Shown here in pieces: positions 12,235 through 25,400 of a stretch of DNA of 64,000 nt. Numbering within the stretch: the first letter of the stretch is position 1; each line of letters begins with the position of its first letter. A program made the translations under genes and the position numbers. The DNA is taken from contig CT868653.1 of assembly GCA_000165425.1 (NCBI GenBank), forward strand, positions 62,001 through 126,000, in the 5' to 3' direction. Origin of the DNA: Paramecium tetraurelia (lineage: Eukaryota). The notes beneath the pieces were generated by a model. That model was given only the letters and a program-made list of their open reading frames with translations. It made no database searches and was not told where the DNA came from.

Positions 12235-14252
12235 TCACAGATATTCATTTTATCTATCAGGTAATTGTTATAAATTCTTCTAAGCCACCTCTCTTGAATT
12301 AGAGGACTCTTGATATGGGAGAGCGAAAACTAGAATCATCATAAATGATTACATAATCCATTGGTTAAATTGATTTTCAGCAATTAAGTCGTAATTTTTT
12401 GAACTTTTTCTTATTAACTTTGTTCAATCTCGTATTGATGAATCACATAAAAGAATCCATAGGCTATTGCACCTTGAGGATCCTGGACAGGGGAAAATAT
12501 ATCATAACCAGTTACTTTTCTTCTATAAGGAGTGAAGATTTATTCAGGTGGTTCCAATGAGAATAATTCATTTATTCTAATTTCTGCACTCGCCCAATCA
12601 AATGTATAAATTTCTCTTTATTCATTATTTTTATATTTCAAACATTCTCCTGATAGAATCAATTAGTTGTTTCCATAATATGGACAACTGAAAACTGGAG
12701 AAGCTAAAAGAGATTTATGATATGCATCTTATCCGGCATAATTGATATTAAAATCTTATTTTTAATTTCCCAAAAACTTTTCATCTTTGCAAACAAAGAT
12801 CTATCCTAAATGTTATTATTAACTTCTATAATTAGGTACACCATCAGGATCTTTGGTTATGCCACCAAATAACACAATCAATTTATCGAATTATTCATGA
12901 GTTATGGTAAAGAAACTACCATCAAATCTGTCAACTAACTTATTCTTCATTTATTCCCATTTTTAATTAAACGCATTCTTTCTTAGAACATATTAAGAAT
13001 TTAATAATTGGTATTTGATTTGATTATCACTGTTTTTGGTCTGTCTCTATCCATAAAATACAAAGAGGTTTCTAGGCATAATCAAAAGAATATCGTTACC
13101 CTTTGTATGATGTTCCCATGAAATTATATCCCTCCAATGGATAATCTGGCAATGCTACGATTTTGACTTATTCCTCAACGACTTAGAAGGGGTTTCTTGG
13201 AAAGGTAAGTTATAGACACTAGTTTGATTGGGAGAATCTATCTTGTTTCTAGCCTCCAATGATGTAAATTGTGTTCTTCTAGGCATCACTTTCACCTTTA
13301 ATGTATAAGGCTTGCTCCAGTTGAACATAAGGTTGGCCATTAAAAATGAGATCGTACTCATACCAAATACCATATTGAACTAGATAAACGATCAACTAAT
13401 AGATAGTGATAAGTGAATACAATCGAATGCATTTGGTTGTTGGAAGCAATCTTTTTTAGAGCAAAAACATAATCGTCATTTAATGACTTTCTTCCTAATG
13501 AAATAACTTTCAAGGACTTGGCTAGTTGCTGTTTGCATTAATGCTTTTATGTAGCTACTTTGTCTTGCAATTATTTAAAGGTGACATTAGCATTTATTTT
13601 GAAGATCTTGTACAATTTGCTGAATAGAAGTTGTTGTAATTTCACAATGGTTTAGCTAATTTCATCAAGAATTCTTTTTTAGGTTTCATTTTAATGCTAA
13701 TTGCTAATTTGTTGTTATCTTCGAGACACACCAAAGATTGGAACACAACCTGGAAGTGGGTATCTTTAGGCTACCATTTTTATTTTAGAGTTAGCACTAT
13801 TGGTAACTTTTGTTTCCACGTAATAAATATTCTTGCTTGGTTGATAGATTAATTAAGACTCATTTAATTTAATTTGGTTATTTTTCAATTTAAATAGTCT
13901 TAGCTCTTCTAAAACATGATAAAAAGTATAATCAACTCCATAATCCTTAAAATTCGTATATCTCTTGCATCCTGGACAGGCAAATCCTCTATTTTTTATG
14001 AATACTATATTACGTCGGCTCAACTTTATATTGCATTTGTTTGTAATGCTCCATCCAACAGTCTAGATCAAACAAACAATGGATATAAGTAATTGATGTA
14101 TGTCTAATTGGAATTGTTACAGAGATCTTGGACAATTAGCATTTTGTGGTCAGCACTATTTCCTCCCCTCCTATTTTCTCTTGTAGAAGTCTTTAATACC
14201 AATTGCTTACATTGTTGGACAACAGCTATTCTTAGTATGATTATAATTGCAT
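12235..14252 (-). CDS. SP-RING/MIZ-like finger plus Kelch-type beta-propeller protein, copy 2 (paralog of 3765-5715)
   Basis: TKCQLSKISVTIPIRHTSITYIHCLFDLDCW..GFACPGC..YGVD. Shares blocks with copy 1 (CKDEKF, SPVFSCPYYG, SGECLK, IYTFDW) and has a matching last intron position (12330-12352). Confidence 0.72.
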
Positions 14253-14700
14253 TTCAATAAAATAAATATTTGATTATTTTTGTTTAATGTATTATTATAA
14301 ATACAGAGTATTTCTAACATAAGGAACAAAAGGATGTAATAGAATAAGAAATGGAAACTTATTTATCTTTAGAAACGTGTTATAGAATTATTCCTTATCT
14401 TTATTTTTATGATCTATATGATTAATAGAATTCAATTGATGTGTGTGTCTAAATTTCCCTCAATTCCTATAGTGGAGCTCACCTAAATCCTACTTGATTG
14501 TTAGTAATTTATAAAGTTCATAGTTCATAAATATTCTAAAAAAAAAACAAGGTTTTTAAGCATATATTATTGAGGGAGGATAGATTTTATGATAGTCATA
14601 ATAGAATTGAAGTCACCAAAGCTACTTTGATTTAAGTAAGTTTGGATAGTAAACTATCAGAATTAAAGTTGAATAAATTTTATATATATATATATATTTA

Positions 14701-17488
14701 ATGTCGAAATAGCCACCTTAATAGTCTGACCCGGATTCATTAGTGTACTTTGTTTTCAATAGTGTATTTTAGAGAGGCATACGAGTAATTGCAAAGCAAG
14801 ATGGCACATAGCAATTATGATGTGGTTGATCAAATTGGATAGATTTGCTAAAGTGTTATGTGGGGAGATAAGAACAATGACACCTTTTTTGAGTAAGCAT
14901 CCATCTAAAAGCAATTTAGTTACTTTTGTGATCAGAAGACGATGTCATTGTACTTAGATTTGGTGCATACTGGATAGAGGGAAGTTGTAGTGGCAGTAAT
15001 TAAAGCAATTACGATGCTATTGCAAAATATACAAAGACCAGTTAGCATAAATTACATATTAAGTCATAGTGCATTGAATGGCATAATCATAGCAGATTAT
15101 AACTTTAGGGATGATGAAATCATAGCTTATTACATAAATTTGTTAAAATGTGTTTCAATTAGGATTGACGAGCAGAGTTTGCAATTGTTCTATAATTTGG
15201 TATGTAATTCCAATCTCCATAGAAATTTAGCACATTTCCAATGTTAATGAAGGCCATCTGTTTCTACAAGCACAAGGAGAACCTAATCAGAACAAGTGTG
15301 AGGAACATAGTTTTAGGAACAACCAAAATCAACCTACCATAATTGCGTAGATATGTGAGATCCTTCCCATTCACATTGTTTTATGTTCAATTTAGTTGTT
15401 ACATGAGAGATGCTCTCTTTTACATTGGAGGTCTCATTCAGGAGGGCAGACATGAGTCACACAAAATAATCAAATTGTTGTTGGATGACCAATTGGACAT
15501 ACTGTACTTTTTGGAAGACCTCCTAAAAACCAATGTCGATGCTTTGCCAATCATTGTGAATTCAATAATGGTCTATGGTTTTGTTCCAACGATAATAATG
15601 GGAGTTATTAAGAGTGGTTAGCAATCCATCAAACTCAATCAATAGCCATAGAGATAATCAATGAATCATCAATAATCTCAAAAGTATTAACACAATCGTG
15701 GATAATCCTTAGGCAATTTCACATTTACTAATATATTTTAATCCTCCCAATAAACAAACAACTAATAATAATAATAATAATAGGTTATTGATATTAAGTT
15801 TTGTCTATTCATTTTAATCCAAATCTACAAGAGTTTTAGTTTCAGCTAATTTTTGGATTTATTGACTCTATTCATTTTGGGAAAGGATCCAGAGATCATT
15901 GATTTCATAACATAATTAAGTAAGTTCATATTAATGTTAGATTCGAATTCCAAGTTAAATTCATATGAAAAGGATGTAAGCATGAGTGAGACATGGGTAA
16001 TTAAGGAGAAAACCTTCATTCAGGCCTACTCTTAGTTCATTTACAAAGATTGTGAAATCAGCGAAGATGTCAATGTAAATGACAAAGAGGAATTGTTGAA
16101 AGGGGTTTCATCATACGAAACATAATCAGTGAAGCGAGAATGTATAGTTATTTGATTATATTAAAAAGTGAATTGTGAACACTTTAAATCATTAATAGGT
16201 GATCCTAAGAGATATGAGGATCTACTGAGCATTACTGACATGTGTGATATTACTATAGTGAAATCATAAAATAAAAGCAAAGTATCAGCATTGAGTTTCT
16301 TGGAAAGAAATGAACAAAACAAAGTAAATGGAAATACAAATACAAATATAAACAATACTCAAACACCATTTTATGCTTTGATGAAACATCTAGAAAGTAA
16401 TGATGACACTGTTGTATTTATGGTGTTATTATTCATAAAAACACTTAGACACTCAAAGAATATCTCTCATTCAGTTTTAGAATAGGTTGGTTTCATCACT
16501 CCAGATAAAAATATGGAATTGTATAAAAACTGCTCGGAAACTTCTTCTTTTATGCAAGATAAGTTGTTAGGTATCTTGGAAACAGGATTACCACCTTACA
16601 GATTAGGCACTTACATCCTATCAATTTAGATGTTGATTGACTTTTGCAGAACGGATCTTGAGAGTTATGATCTACGCAACAAGGATAGATTTAGAAAGAT
16701 AGTGTTGAATCATATCAATAAGATAAATGAATACATCAGAAATCCCCTAGAGGTTCATTATGTCATTGAATTCTTCTACACGGAATATAAAATCTTGAAG
16801 TAATACAGGTGTATATCTTTCTAGCAAGACATCCATATCGATCTGGCCACAAACACATATATAATTGTTGTATGAGATGACTCCCAAAGGGGTTTGTTAG
16901 ATTGACATCAAACACAACGAGAGTGTTTACTTTATGGAGCCTGCAAATCAATAGGACAAAGTCAGGAAAGACATGCTGATTTTGTTGATATTGAAATACA
17001 CAGCATCAGTTCTTTGTGGATTTGAAGAGCAAGAACAAAAAATACTCGATAATCCCAAACCTTTTGGGGATGGTCCTACTTTGAAATACGTGTCAGGGAA
17101 CATCTATAATCTGTAAGATGAGCCTTACTGCTAATTCAGTTAACATTAATGCAAATATCAAAACATTGATTGCTGCATTTTAGAGGATTCTCACAATTTA
17201 GTCGTGATGGACTTGACTCAAGGTTAGAGTGCAGCTAAATGCGTTGTCGCACACAGTTTCAAGTATACAGATGAGATGGTGGAGAGACTCAATTTGAAAA
17301 TGTTGCATGTGACATATAGGTTTGAGAATTAGAATAATGTGTTTGATTTGGAATTCCCGAACAAACAGTGTTGTTAGGCAGCTAAGAAAATGACAGAATA
17401 GAAGAAGAGTAGTTTGAGGAAGGATGAGTTGGATACTGTCACATCATATTTATAGGCACTCACAAATACAATGAATTATAATAAATGA
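14701..17488 (+). CDS. CLEC16A: CLEC16A/TT9/gop-1-like FPL-domain protein (endolysosomal/autophagy)
   Basis: VMWGDKNNDTFF.YFCD, MLLQNIQ..SINYILSH, NFRDDEIIAYYINLLK, HFPML, HKENLIRTSVRNIVL. Q-rich insert at ~15620-15790; TGA at 17486-17488. Confidence 0.85.
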
Positions 17489-19431
17489 TAATTGTTAAAT
17501 AAAATGATGATCTCACTATTATCTCCTAAGACAATGTGATACTTCTCAAGTCTGCTGACGAGCTGACCCTTGAAGCTAAATTCAAATTCCTAAAGGGCAG
17601 CATCCAAAGGATCAATTAGCAATGTTTCCTCTTTAACCATCGATATTTAATGGAGCTCAATGATAAGACTATTGAGTATTAGCAAGAGGCTCAGAGTGCC
17701 GCAATTCAAAATGGCAAGTCACTCATCATCACTAATAACAATACAGTCTAATTCCACAAGGCCAAGAAACTTCAATGGGAATGCAAATTCACAGATCTCA
17801 TTCCCATTGATTAGATTGACACTTGTGCTTTGTCTCGCTCTATCATCTTGCATATTCATAGCAGTATCATTTTCTTATCCGAAGATAAGCAGATACAGGA
17901 AATCATCTAATTGGAGCAGGAGGTGCACTCCATATATGCCCTGAATGATTTTAATGTTATCGGATTGTTCTCAATTACCAATGATCAATTTTCAATATTC
18001 AACACAAAACTAGTGCAGAATTACGAATTCTTCTCATAGCAATGCATTCAATTTGATGTCAGCATCAGTTTTCAACCCTATCGTTTAAATTGCTTCTAAG
18101 ATTAGAGCACACTTCATTTCGTGCTAATTCGCAATCTAGAACACGTTAAACACTATTATAAGTAGATCTAGTGTGTGGATATTGTGAGCATCAACAAATG
18201 CAGAAACAGATTGCTCATCATAACGAAACAGTAAGTATTGTCCATATTTATATCAGAAATTGAGAACACAACCTCAGAAGAACAATATCTTAATGGTTTA
18301 CAGTTAAGATTGATGAATTACTGTAGTTCAATATTTGAGGGGCAATATTATTTCAGTAATGATTCATATTTATTCAGTTTCTGCAATGATGAAGTCAAAT
18401 ATTATAAATTAGTTTAGAATCAAAAGAATTAAATCACTAAGATCAAATTCTAGGAGAAAATCCTTTATTACGAATACGTCAATGATTAATTGGTCATCTA
18501 CTCTCAGCAACAATCAAAATGCTATTTGACTGTCTACAATCAACAGTTTGAGATAATAAACAGATATGAATTCAATAAGCTACATGAGAGAATTAAGTAT
18601 TGTCCGTACTACCCTGGAATAGCAATCTACGAATAGAAAGTGCAATATCAGGATAAGGAACCAAATAACAATTACATTCTGTAGACTGAAACCCTTCAAA
18701 AGACATTTCTGCAATTGATCGACTTTCGAACTCAGACCTACCAAAACAATAACCAAAATAATACTGAATAGCCAACCATATAGAGTTATTTGTTATATGG
18801 TAAGAGTAACAATAAGATTAGTTGTGGATTTATGTTGGATTATTCGATTGTAAACATCTAAAACATCTGGAACAATCGTTTTATTATCACAAGCACTTAT
18901 AAATTAAAAATAGTTGAGATCTACAACAGTACTTACGAGATGCAACACATCTTTGAGTTCAGTATTCTGAATCAGTAGTTACTAACATTTAGAAACAGTT
19001 TGCCTCTGGAAGACCTGGAAAGAATCAACTTTCTGAAATAAACTGATTAAAGAATTCTGTTCACTCATTTCGGATAATCAACTCCAGGGGAATCTAAGAT
19101 GAACGGTATAATCCACAGTTTTTATGGCATCAAATGGGTGAGTATCAATAAGGACAACGTTAACATTATCTAGTTGTAACAGAAACAAGAAATACAAAAA
19201 ATTTAACGTGTTTTGTAGGAGGGTAGTAATTATTTTTATGTTTTATCCAATGATGAAGAAATCTATAAAATCACTCCTGATGAAGTTAAGCTAATCTATG
19301 TTTCTGGGTCGAAATTATTATCGTATGTGAGTAATCACAATAATGAATCCATCATCTTGAAGTGTAATAATGAGTTGTTAGTGACTGAGTTGGAAAACGC
19401 GTAGAAGATTAAATATAATTTGATTTTATGA
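17485..19431 (+). CDS. Hypothetical intronless 648-aa protein, beta-strand-rich (propeller-like)
   Basis: Uninterrupted code-6 ORF of 1947 nt. The first in-frame ATG overlaps the upstream TGA; an alternative Met is at 17650. No family motif recognised. Confidence 0.7.
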
Positions 19432-19464
19432 TACATTCTAAATTATTATATATATATAATAATA

Positions 19465-22400
19465 TCAATTATAGAAGAATGCAATTATGGATGCAACTGT
19501 TATCAACGATTAATATAGGCTAGTCTCTACCTCAATTACATCTGAAAGAGTGTTGATAGAAATTTCAGTTTCTATTCCTTCTTCACACATCAAAGTATTT
19601 GAGTTCCAATGGCAATCAGTGCTTCTTTACTTGCATTATTCCATCTGTAATTTAGTACAAATTTATTTGCATTACGAATCAACGTACACACATCTATCAC
19701 TTGCTAACTCACATTGAGTCTGATACATATTTAAGCATAAATTTGATAGACACCCACTGCTTGGATTGTAATAGCAATAATTTCCCATATTCATACAAGT
19801 ACAAGCATCAGTGATTTCATTGCATGCAGTACATTGATTGTTTGGGAGCAAGACACACAATTGGGATTGGATTTCAGCCCCATTGCAATTGTTGGCACTT
19901 GAACCGAATTGTAAACACAATTAGGAAATACAAGAATATTTATTACTGAAAGATTGAATCTATAACCAATAGCATTATTTCCCAGCAATTGATTGTTGAT
20001 TACAAGCTGTTTCTTAAGTATCTGAATTAACATATTGAATGAACTCTTCACATGAAGTTACACCAACGCATAAATTATCATACCAAATACATTGCTCATC
20101 ATTGAAATAACCCGTGCATTCATCCTTCTTCAAATACTTACAGAGTTTAAGTTGACATTCATAATAAGACCACATGCAATTGCCACCGCATTGGTCTTAA
20201 GTGAAGTGGATACAACTTTAATCAATACAGTGATTACTATTGTAGATGTCGATATTACACTTCTTATTACCGATTTTAAATTTAGTGCAATCAGTTACAT
20301 TGAATAAATCAGAGCATTTACTTGCAGGTTGACATTGTGACTTATTCTTAAAGCATTAATATTGATTAATCTTGGTAGAGTCACACAGATCTGAAGAGAT
20401 GTCATTGCAAACCTTGTTCCTGCATTTGCCTTATTGCATATCATAAATGCATTAAGAAGCAGTGCATTTATCTCTAGTGTAGAGTGTACAATCAATAATT
20501 TCATACACTGAAACCAGTCCAGAACAGATGCATTCAGAATTGATATACTTACAATTCTACAATTGTGTGCATCCTATTTGGTTAATGCCTGGAGCATCGC
20601 ATGTATCATTCGAATATACATCGACACAACCCCTGGAGAGGTAACTAAACTTGCACCCTTAGGTATTTAAGGCCTTACATACATTTTGATTCACATTCAC
20701 TAAATTGTTACACACTGTAATGCTCCCATCATAATACTAGCATTTGTAATCCACAAATTGACACTTTTCATTCTCTACTAAAATACATCCTAATCGATTG
20801 AGTCCTGTTGTTTTGCAAGTATCGACTCTAGAATCAAAGAGACTTGTGCATTAGCCATCTGATAGATATTTGCATACAACATCATCCACATCAATTAATG
20901 AACAAGAAACTGGATTAACATTCTTTAATTGATTACATTGAGTAACTCCATTAATTATTGTATTGAATTAACACTCTTCGTTCAACCATATGGTTGGCTA
21001 TTAAGTGATACTTAGACAAGCTAATCTATTCAAACCATTTAAGGTACTCACAAAATTTTAAAACACTTAAGTTGTTTCAACAAAGGTTTTACAAGATAGG
21101 GTTGAACTATCATGGTAGCACTTAAGATTCTTAGAACTAATTTAGGAGCATACTTTAGGTGACACTGTTTGATACTCTTCACAAGTTGAGTATTCATTGG
21201 TGTTACTGTAACTGACACATTTATTACTAACCCAATCACATCTGTCTGCCTTGGTCTTCAAACATCCAAAATAATTCAATCCTGGAGTGCTGCATAAATC
21301 AGTTTCATTATCTGCATTCACACATATAAAGTTAGTGTTATCATATTTAACAGAAACATTATCCAAATTCTATACTACACTATCTTTTATTGTATATGCT
21401 CTTCTGCAGACGTGTTGATTGATTAAGATGTGATAATCTATTTCAAATTAATAATCAGAATCTTCCAATTAGCTACATTATTGACCCAACCATTTACAAA
21501 ACTCTCCTTCTTTAATCACATTTACACAACCATATATGTTGAGATGATCTGAACAAGAAATCGTTGAATTGTCAATATATTGGCATTTACTACCTTTGTA
21601 GATACATTTCTCATTTTCTTTTGCCACTGCCAAACATCCATATAATGATAATTCAGAAGTGCAACTGACTTCATAAGTGTCAGCACTTCTGCATTAGTTG
21701 CTGGTCCAATGGCAAATTTATCCTTCATTGATCGGAGAAACACAGAATCTTTTTTAGGAGTACTTGAACAATGGACAAGTCATGTCTTTGGCCAACGTCT
21801 CATCAGCCAATTAGAGACACTTTCCTACGATAATATTCCAATAGCAATTTAATGATGTATTATTCTAACAGCCTAGTGGACTGAATGATTGGGTGCACAC
21901 AGATTATGCGGTTTCAAGATAACATGAGGATCCATTATGTGCACAATAGTCTGTTGAAAAGAAGTAACAAATTCCTGGAGATATGAGAGCATCTACATAA
22001 GCAGAACACGATTTCATATCACCAGTATACGTCAAACACTGATGATTTGTGGAATCCCATTTGCAAGCTGTAGAAACATTATGTAAACAAGTGTATTTTG
22101 ATGTTATTTCTGGACAACTCCTAAATATAGAGGCTGGCGCTATATTCATACACGAACCATTATTCCATATGCAATTATTTTCTATATATTTACATCCAAT
22201 CACATTAACAAAGTCATTACAAACACTTCCTGAGATTGTACTACTGCATTTTTATTCAACTGGTTTGAATTGACAGGGATCTGTGAGTGTTGACTTTTGA
22301 CAAAACACATTATTTTTGGGACTGATGGAATTCATTTAATCACATGAAGTATTGCTATCATCTACAGGCACACATTGATTAGCAGTGTCTAATCTACATC

Positions 22401-25400
22401 CAGTAAAATTAGCACAGTATCCTCTACTGACTTCATTTTATCCTACTCCTGGACAATTGAGAGGTAGATTCTTGGTGTCCATATTTTTGCATGCCTGCTC
22501 ATTTGAATCCCAGTAACAACTGTTGATGTTGTTGAGACATCCAATTTTATTCATTTTATTTTAGCATTATGAATTGGTCCCTGTTAATTAACATCCATAA
22601 TGATTAGGATTTTCAGCACAACCCACATCTGTAACAATAACACAATAGATTTCTGATAAGGATGAGTATTTCAAGGCACTACAAGAGGTAATCTAGCCTG
22701 GGATGCATTTTAAATTAGTTTCATCATACATACAAAAGTCATCTTAAGTAATACAACCTGCGGCATTCAGATTTTCTTCACATCCCTGAGACTTAGACAC
22801 TGGAGAACACATCAAATTGATTGAATCCCAACTACAGGGTTGTAATATCCATAAACAAGCTGTCTTATTAATGGCTTCTTGGCATCTGGCATTTTGGGAG
22901 GATAACGATGTGCATGTAGTAGAGTAAGTACAATAATCTCCAACTTGTTAGAGACAACAATATTTGGAGAAATTAGCCATGCTATTACAAGTGCTTTGAT
23001 AACTGGATCCTACACACTTATTCGATTACCATTGACAACATTTTGTAGTATGTGCTTTGCATGCATTTTCATTTAAGTTGCTTGTGCAATCTAAATTCGA
23101 ATAATCGGTGACTTGCATACACATCCCATTTTGGTAATAACAATATGCTGTGGTATATGCAACACATGCTAACTTATTCATTCCTTTGTCGCAATTAGCT
23201 GATGCAACTGTTACAGCTTGACAGGAATTGGCATTCCAAGTACAGGGGATATCAGTAGTCTATGAGCAAACACCAGGATTCACTTGAGAATAGGTCAAAC
23301 AGTTGTTGCTTACAGTGACTGAGGAACAAACATTACTAGCCCATTGACAAGATTATCCATTGTATAATTTTAGACATCCATTCTGATTCGATGGATCACT
23401 GCATTAAGAGGATGTAACATCATTTGTCAAAACATCAAGACATAGGTTATTAGTAAAGATGCAATTCCCTGAGAGTGCACCTGCACAAGCCTTTTGGTTG
23501 GCTCCCATTGAATTGCAATTTGGTGCATTACCAGTGACACATCCATTATTCCAATAACATGGTTCAGTCAATATGGAAGCACATACTTATGGGGAATATA
23601 CATTTGAAGCATATGTATTGCATAGATCTGTTGATTGAGTGGTAATGGATGTGCAAGATCCATTATTCCATTGACATAGCTATTTTGGAGTTTGGATTCG
23701 AACACATGCAGATTAAGTAAATGCATATTCACCTGTGCATTGAGCATCATAAGGAGAAGTAGTTATGTCAATACAAATTTAATAATAATAACACGAATTC
23801 ACCGTGTTATTAATACAAGCTATTTAGTTTAGGCCATCACATGGTTACATTGTATTGGCAGGTATCACACATTGGGATGATAATCCATTGTCTTAAAATT
23901 AGCATGATTGACTCTCATAATTGTTTTACATACAAGCATATGAATTTACATTGGTTAATGTTGAACAATCATCGTTCGGTGTGATGTATACACATTCATT
24001 ATTCTACCATTTGCATGCAACTACTCTGCTGTTAACACATTATTTAAATGACACTGCACTTGGACATGGGAAGTCTGTTGATGTGATTACACTACAAGTG
24101 TAGGATGAGAATTCACAGGTTTATGTAGTAACATAAGTCAAACAATAGACGGAATTTATACTAGCGTTAGAATTACAAAGTGATAGAGGTGTAGTTCCAA
24201 CTATACAAATATGATTGACTGCATCATAAACACATGATGAGTCAGAATTAGCGTATTTGCATGTTTTACTATTCACTGTTTACTTGTTTGAGTCTGAATA
24301 ACTTGAACAACTAAAATTCATTAGAGTGCTCTCAGATATTTCACTGCATTGTTAAGTTTGTTTGTCAAATTAGCATGCTACTTTTTACACATTCACACAT
24401 GCATCTTCATTCAAAAAGTCAAAGTCCCCAGTTACCACTGCCATGTCAGGTATGGATTAGCATGAATTCTATCTGTATCCACAATAAGATCCTTTTGTTT
24501 TCTAGACACAAGCTAACAAATTCAATCCAGGTTTATTGCAAGGATTATTATCAGTAGTGATTGTGATGCATACTTTATTTACATTATCATAACCGCAACT
24601 TGATGATTAGATCTAAGAACAAATCATTTAGTTGAACTTACCTCCTGATGCAATGTTAAATTAATTACACTATGAATTCTCGTCTACTTTTACACTTACA
24701 CAAGTACTATTGAACCAACCACAAGTAGATGTATTTACTCCTATGCAAGTAGAATCTGAATTTTTGTTATTACAATCATTTTATGGTGGTGATGGTCTTG
24801 ATTAGCACAAGTATTCATGAGTATTGAAAGTGTCACAACTGGAATTCAATTCGCAAGCCGCTTAATTCTAACCAACTTTGCAGCTTGAATTCATTTAAAT
24901 TGAATCACAATGAAAGGTACCAGAATTGTATTCGCACATTTCATTTGATGTGGTGACCATAGCACACACTATTGCGTTGTACTATTGAGTATTCAAAGAA
25001 GCACAAGTGGCTGTATCATAAGTAATATCAGTAACATTCTAGCATTATTTATTGGGTTAGTCCCAATAACAAGCCTCTTTTGATGAAGCCAAACATCCAA
25101 ATTAATTTACTGAGTCTTTGCAACCAATTCTTTTTGCATTATCATTCGTTACTGTTGAACATTTAAAGGCTTACTTATCAAAATAGCATGCTCCAGTTGT
25201 ATTGCTAATGCAAGCCTATTCATTAAGTCCACTTGCCTCACAAGATAAATTATTAACTGAATTGTTAACTACTACACAGTTCTTAGTGTTAGGATCGAAT
25301 CTACAACTTGAGACTGATTTAGTACTAGCACAAGTGTTGGAATTGACTATTTCATTCAAATAACTGCTGCATTCAGATCCAGTGGTAAGCAATTTGCATT

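Noticed and set aside
14681..14697. (TA)n runs near gene boundaries (also ~19447, ~29339 and ~42379)
   Set aside because: Common in AT-rich UTRs and intergenic DNA; no specific function can be supported.
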